This document shows positions 62,101 through 64,000 of a DNA stretch of 64,000 bases, piece by piece. Each line of letters starts with the position of its first letter. Within the stretch, counting starts at the first letter, position 1. The translations under genes and the position numbers were made by a program. The stretch comes from Azolla caroliniana. Taxonomy: Eukaryota; Plantae; Polypodiophyta. The DNA lies in contig JBHGNT010000016.1 of assembly GCA_043228905.1 (NCBI GenBank), positions 7,564,001 through 7,628,000 of the forward strand, given 5' to 3'. The notes below the pieces were generated by a model. It was given only the letters and a program-made list of their open reading frames with translations, had not been told where the DNA came from and searched no databases.

Positions 62101-64000
62101 TCCGTCCCAACTCCGGACCAGAAGGTCCCTCCGGGGGCACAACTCAAGAAGAGCTGTCGCAAAATGGTGCGAGATCTCCAAATCGCACAGGCCCAGAGGG
62201 ATAGCGGCGAACAGTTTCGTGACCGAAGGCCGCCAGCGAGGCATGTGGTGCGACGCGGTCGGCCACATCCGGAAAGAATGCGCGGATTTCGCCGAGGCAC
62301 TCATGACCAATGTGGTGTACCTCTGGAATGGGCGGGTGCACGCGAGCAAGACCCGGAAAGCCCTAGAGTTGAATACGAGGCGCGGCGGAATGAAGTGGTT
62401 AAGGGAAGAGGCTACGGCACGACATATAGCGGCCGTTAACTACTCGGCGTCGACGGGAATCGAGGTCGAGGGTGATGAGGTCCGGAAGGCGAAGGACTCC
62501 GGATTCTGGCCGCTGGTGCTAGAGGGTCTCTCCAGAGTACGACTGAAGAAGGAAGAGGTAGACCGCGCAGAACGGCGGATCCGGGAGGTCACCGGATGGG
62601 ACGACCCAGTGGAAGAAAAGACCGGCATCGTGGCAGCCGCATGCCAGAACTACGAGGTTTTGGTAGAAGACAAGCGCGCGGGAAAGGCCGGAGGGAGGGG
62701 GTGGCCCATCGCAGTGGTACAAGACCCGGTTCGGACCGAAGCCGAATGAGGACGCCCACGCCGGCGCACCGGAGAAGAAGAAGCAGGCCGGTTTCCGGCT
62801 AAGCACCAAAATCGAACGAACAACGGACCTACGGAAGGTCCTAGAAGAGAGAATTCTCGTCAGCAAGGTTGAGTTGTCGTTACGGGAGCTGCTAGGAATC
62901 GCCAAGAAGGAGTTCCATGACTCCATCGTGGACTTGGTGAAGCGGAAGAGGCTATCGACGGAGCCGGAACCGGAGAGGCCGGTGGAAGTGCGGATGACGC
63001 ACTTAGAAGACACGGCCCTAGAGGATGAGTTGGCGGAAAGCCACTACGCGAAGCCGCATTGGGCTAGGGCCACTATGGAAACCCCTGTTCGGATCGACGA
63101 CATCCAGGAGCCGGTGGTGGCATTGGTAGATCACGGTTCGGAGATCAACCTGATGTCCATGGACTTCTATAAAAAAGGGGAAATGGCCGATCAACACCAA
63201 CCACGGGTGGAAGATACGCGCGGCGACGTGCGCTATAGAGGAGCTCCATGGTGCATGCCCGAACGTACGCGTGAAGATCGTCGATGTCGAGATAGATCAG
63301 CATTTCTTCGTACAAGAGACTTCCTCGCACTCGGTAATTCTCGGCGAACCATACATTACGGCAACACGCATGGAGACGAAAGTACTGGACAACGGTTCGG
63401 CGTATGCGTGCGTCAAGAGCCAAGACGGTCGGCATTCCGTCCAATTCATGACAGTGCAACCCAATCACGAGCGAAACTGCGAGACCCTCAGTGGCGACAG
63501 CCGAGGGGATTTTTAGAGAGGGCTATCAAAGGCGTGGGGTCGCGATAGTTCGGACACCCCGGAAGAACCCCACACATGTATTATAGGTAGGAAATTTTTG
63601 CTCTCCGAAAACAGAGGTTGTACGTTAACGGGCATTAGTAGCCAGGAGAGGAAGCGGGCGGAGAGACGACTTATGGTGTGTGGAGTCCTCTCACACGACG
63701 AAGAAATTAGCGGTGCCATGGAGGCGATCTCTTTTGACGACACCTTGGGCGAATTACGAAAAGTGGTCGGTGAAGGCCTTAGCGAAGACCGGACCATTCT
63801 GGTTAGCTCGATGGGAATGTATGAAGTCATCGCGGACTTTGGGGGTCGGATCGGGTCGGATCGAACGGCCCACGTGGATACGAAGTATAAGATTGTGGAC
63901 CGGAAGGTGAGGCCAGTTGCGGCACCCTTGCCGGAGGGCAACCGAGAGCGGATAAAAGGGGTCGCGTCGGACCCAAGTTTACGGAAACCAGTCGGCATAG
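62100..64000 (+). pseudogene. gag-pol: Frameshifted gag C-terminus, protease and pre-RT linker of element J
   Basis: Zinc knuckle remnant, HWARATMET, ALVDHGSEINLM, VILGEPY, YKIVDRKVRPVA. Confidence 0.78.

Larger units (their letters stand above)
57232..64000 (+). mobile_element. tRNA-Trp-primed Ty3/gypsy element J with gag and protease (runs off the window); hosts P
   Basis: LTR 57232-57881 (TGTCGTG...CACGACA); PBS TGGTGAACTCGACGTGA 57886-57902; gag GRFTGKNAMRYLEAYRAEM 57926-58281. From ~62100: WCDAVGHIRKEC, ALVDHGSEINLMS, YKIVDRKVRPVA. Joining the two pieces is an inference. Confidence 0.75.

Overview
The whole 64 kb is a multi-layer nest of plant LTR retrotransposons; I found no host gene. 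The protein styles suggest a bryophyte, probably a moss (inference only). About 17 insertions can be separated using LTR termini, tRNA primer-binding sites (PBS), polypurine tracts (PPT) and target-site duplications (TSD). Ty1/copia: a CCGG-rich family (B, E, F, L, O, solo LTR Q), a related element A, two Bryco-like elements (C, P) and an AT-rich element K. Ty3/gypsy: a non-chromoviral element D with a large extra 3' ORF, chromoviruses M (near intact) and N (fragment), and a tRNA-Trp-primed group with TGTCGT...ACGACA termini. That group has pol-less gag-only members (G, H), a truncated relative (I) and a protease-bearing relative (J); G and H have 4-bp TSDs. Most striking: the LTRs of G, H and the unrelated N each carry an antisense tRNA-like Pol III A-box/B-box module at tRNA spacing (43-44 nt). 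H is very young, with apparently identical 746-bp LTRs and an intact 602-codon ORF made of Gag plus unrecognised repeats. All boundaries and comparisons were read by eye.
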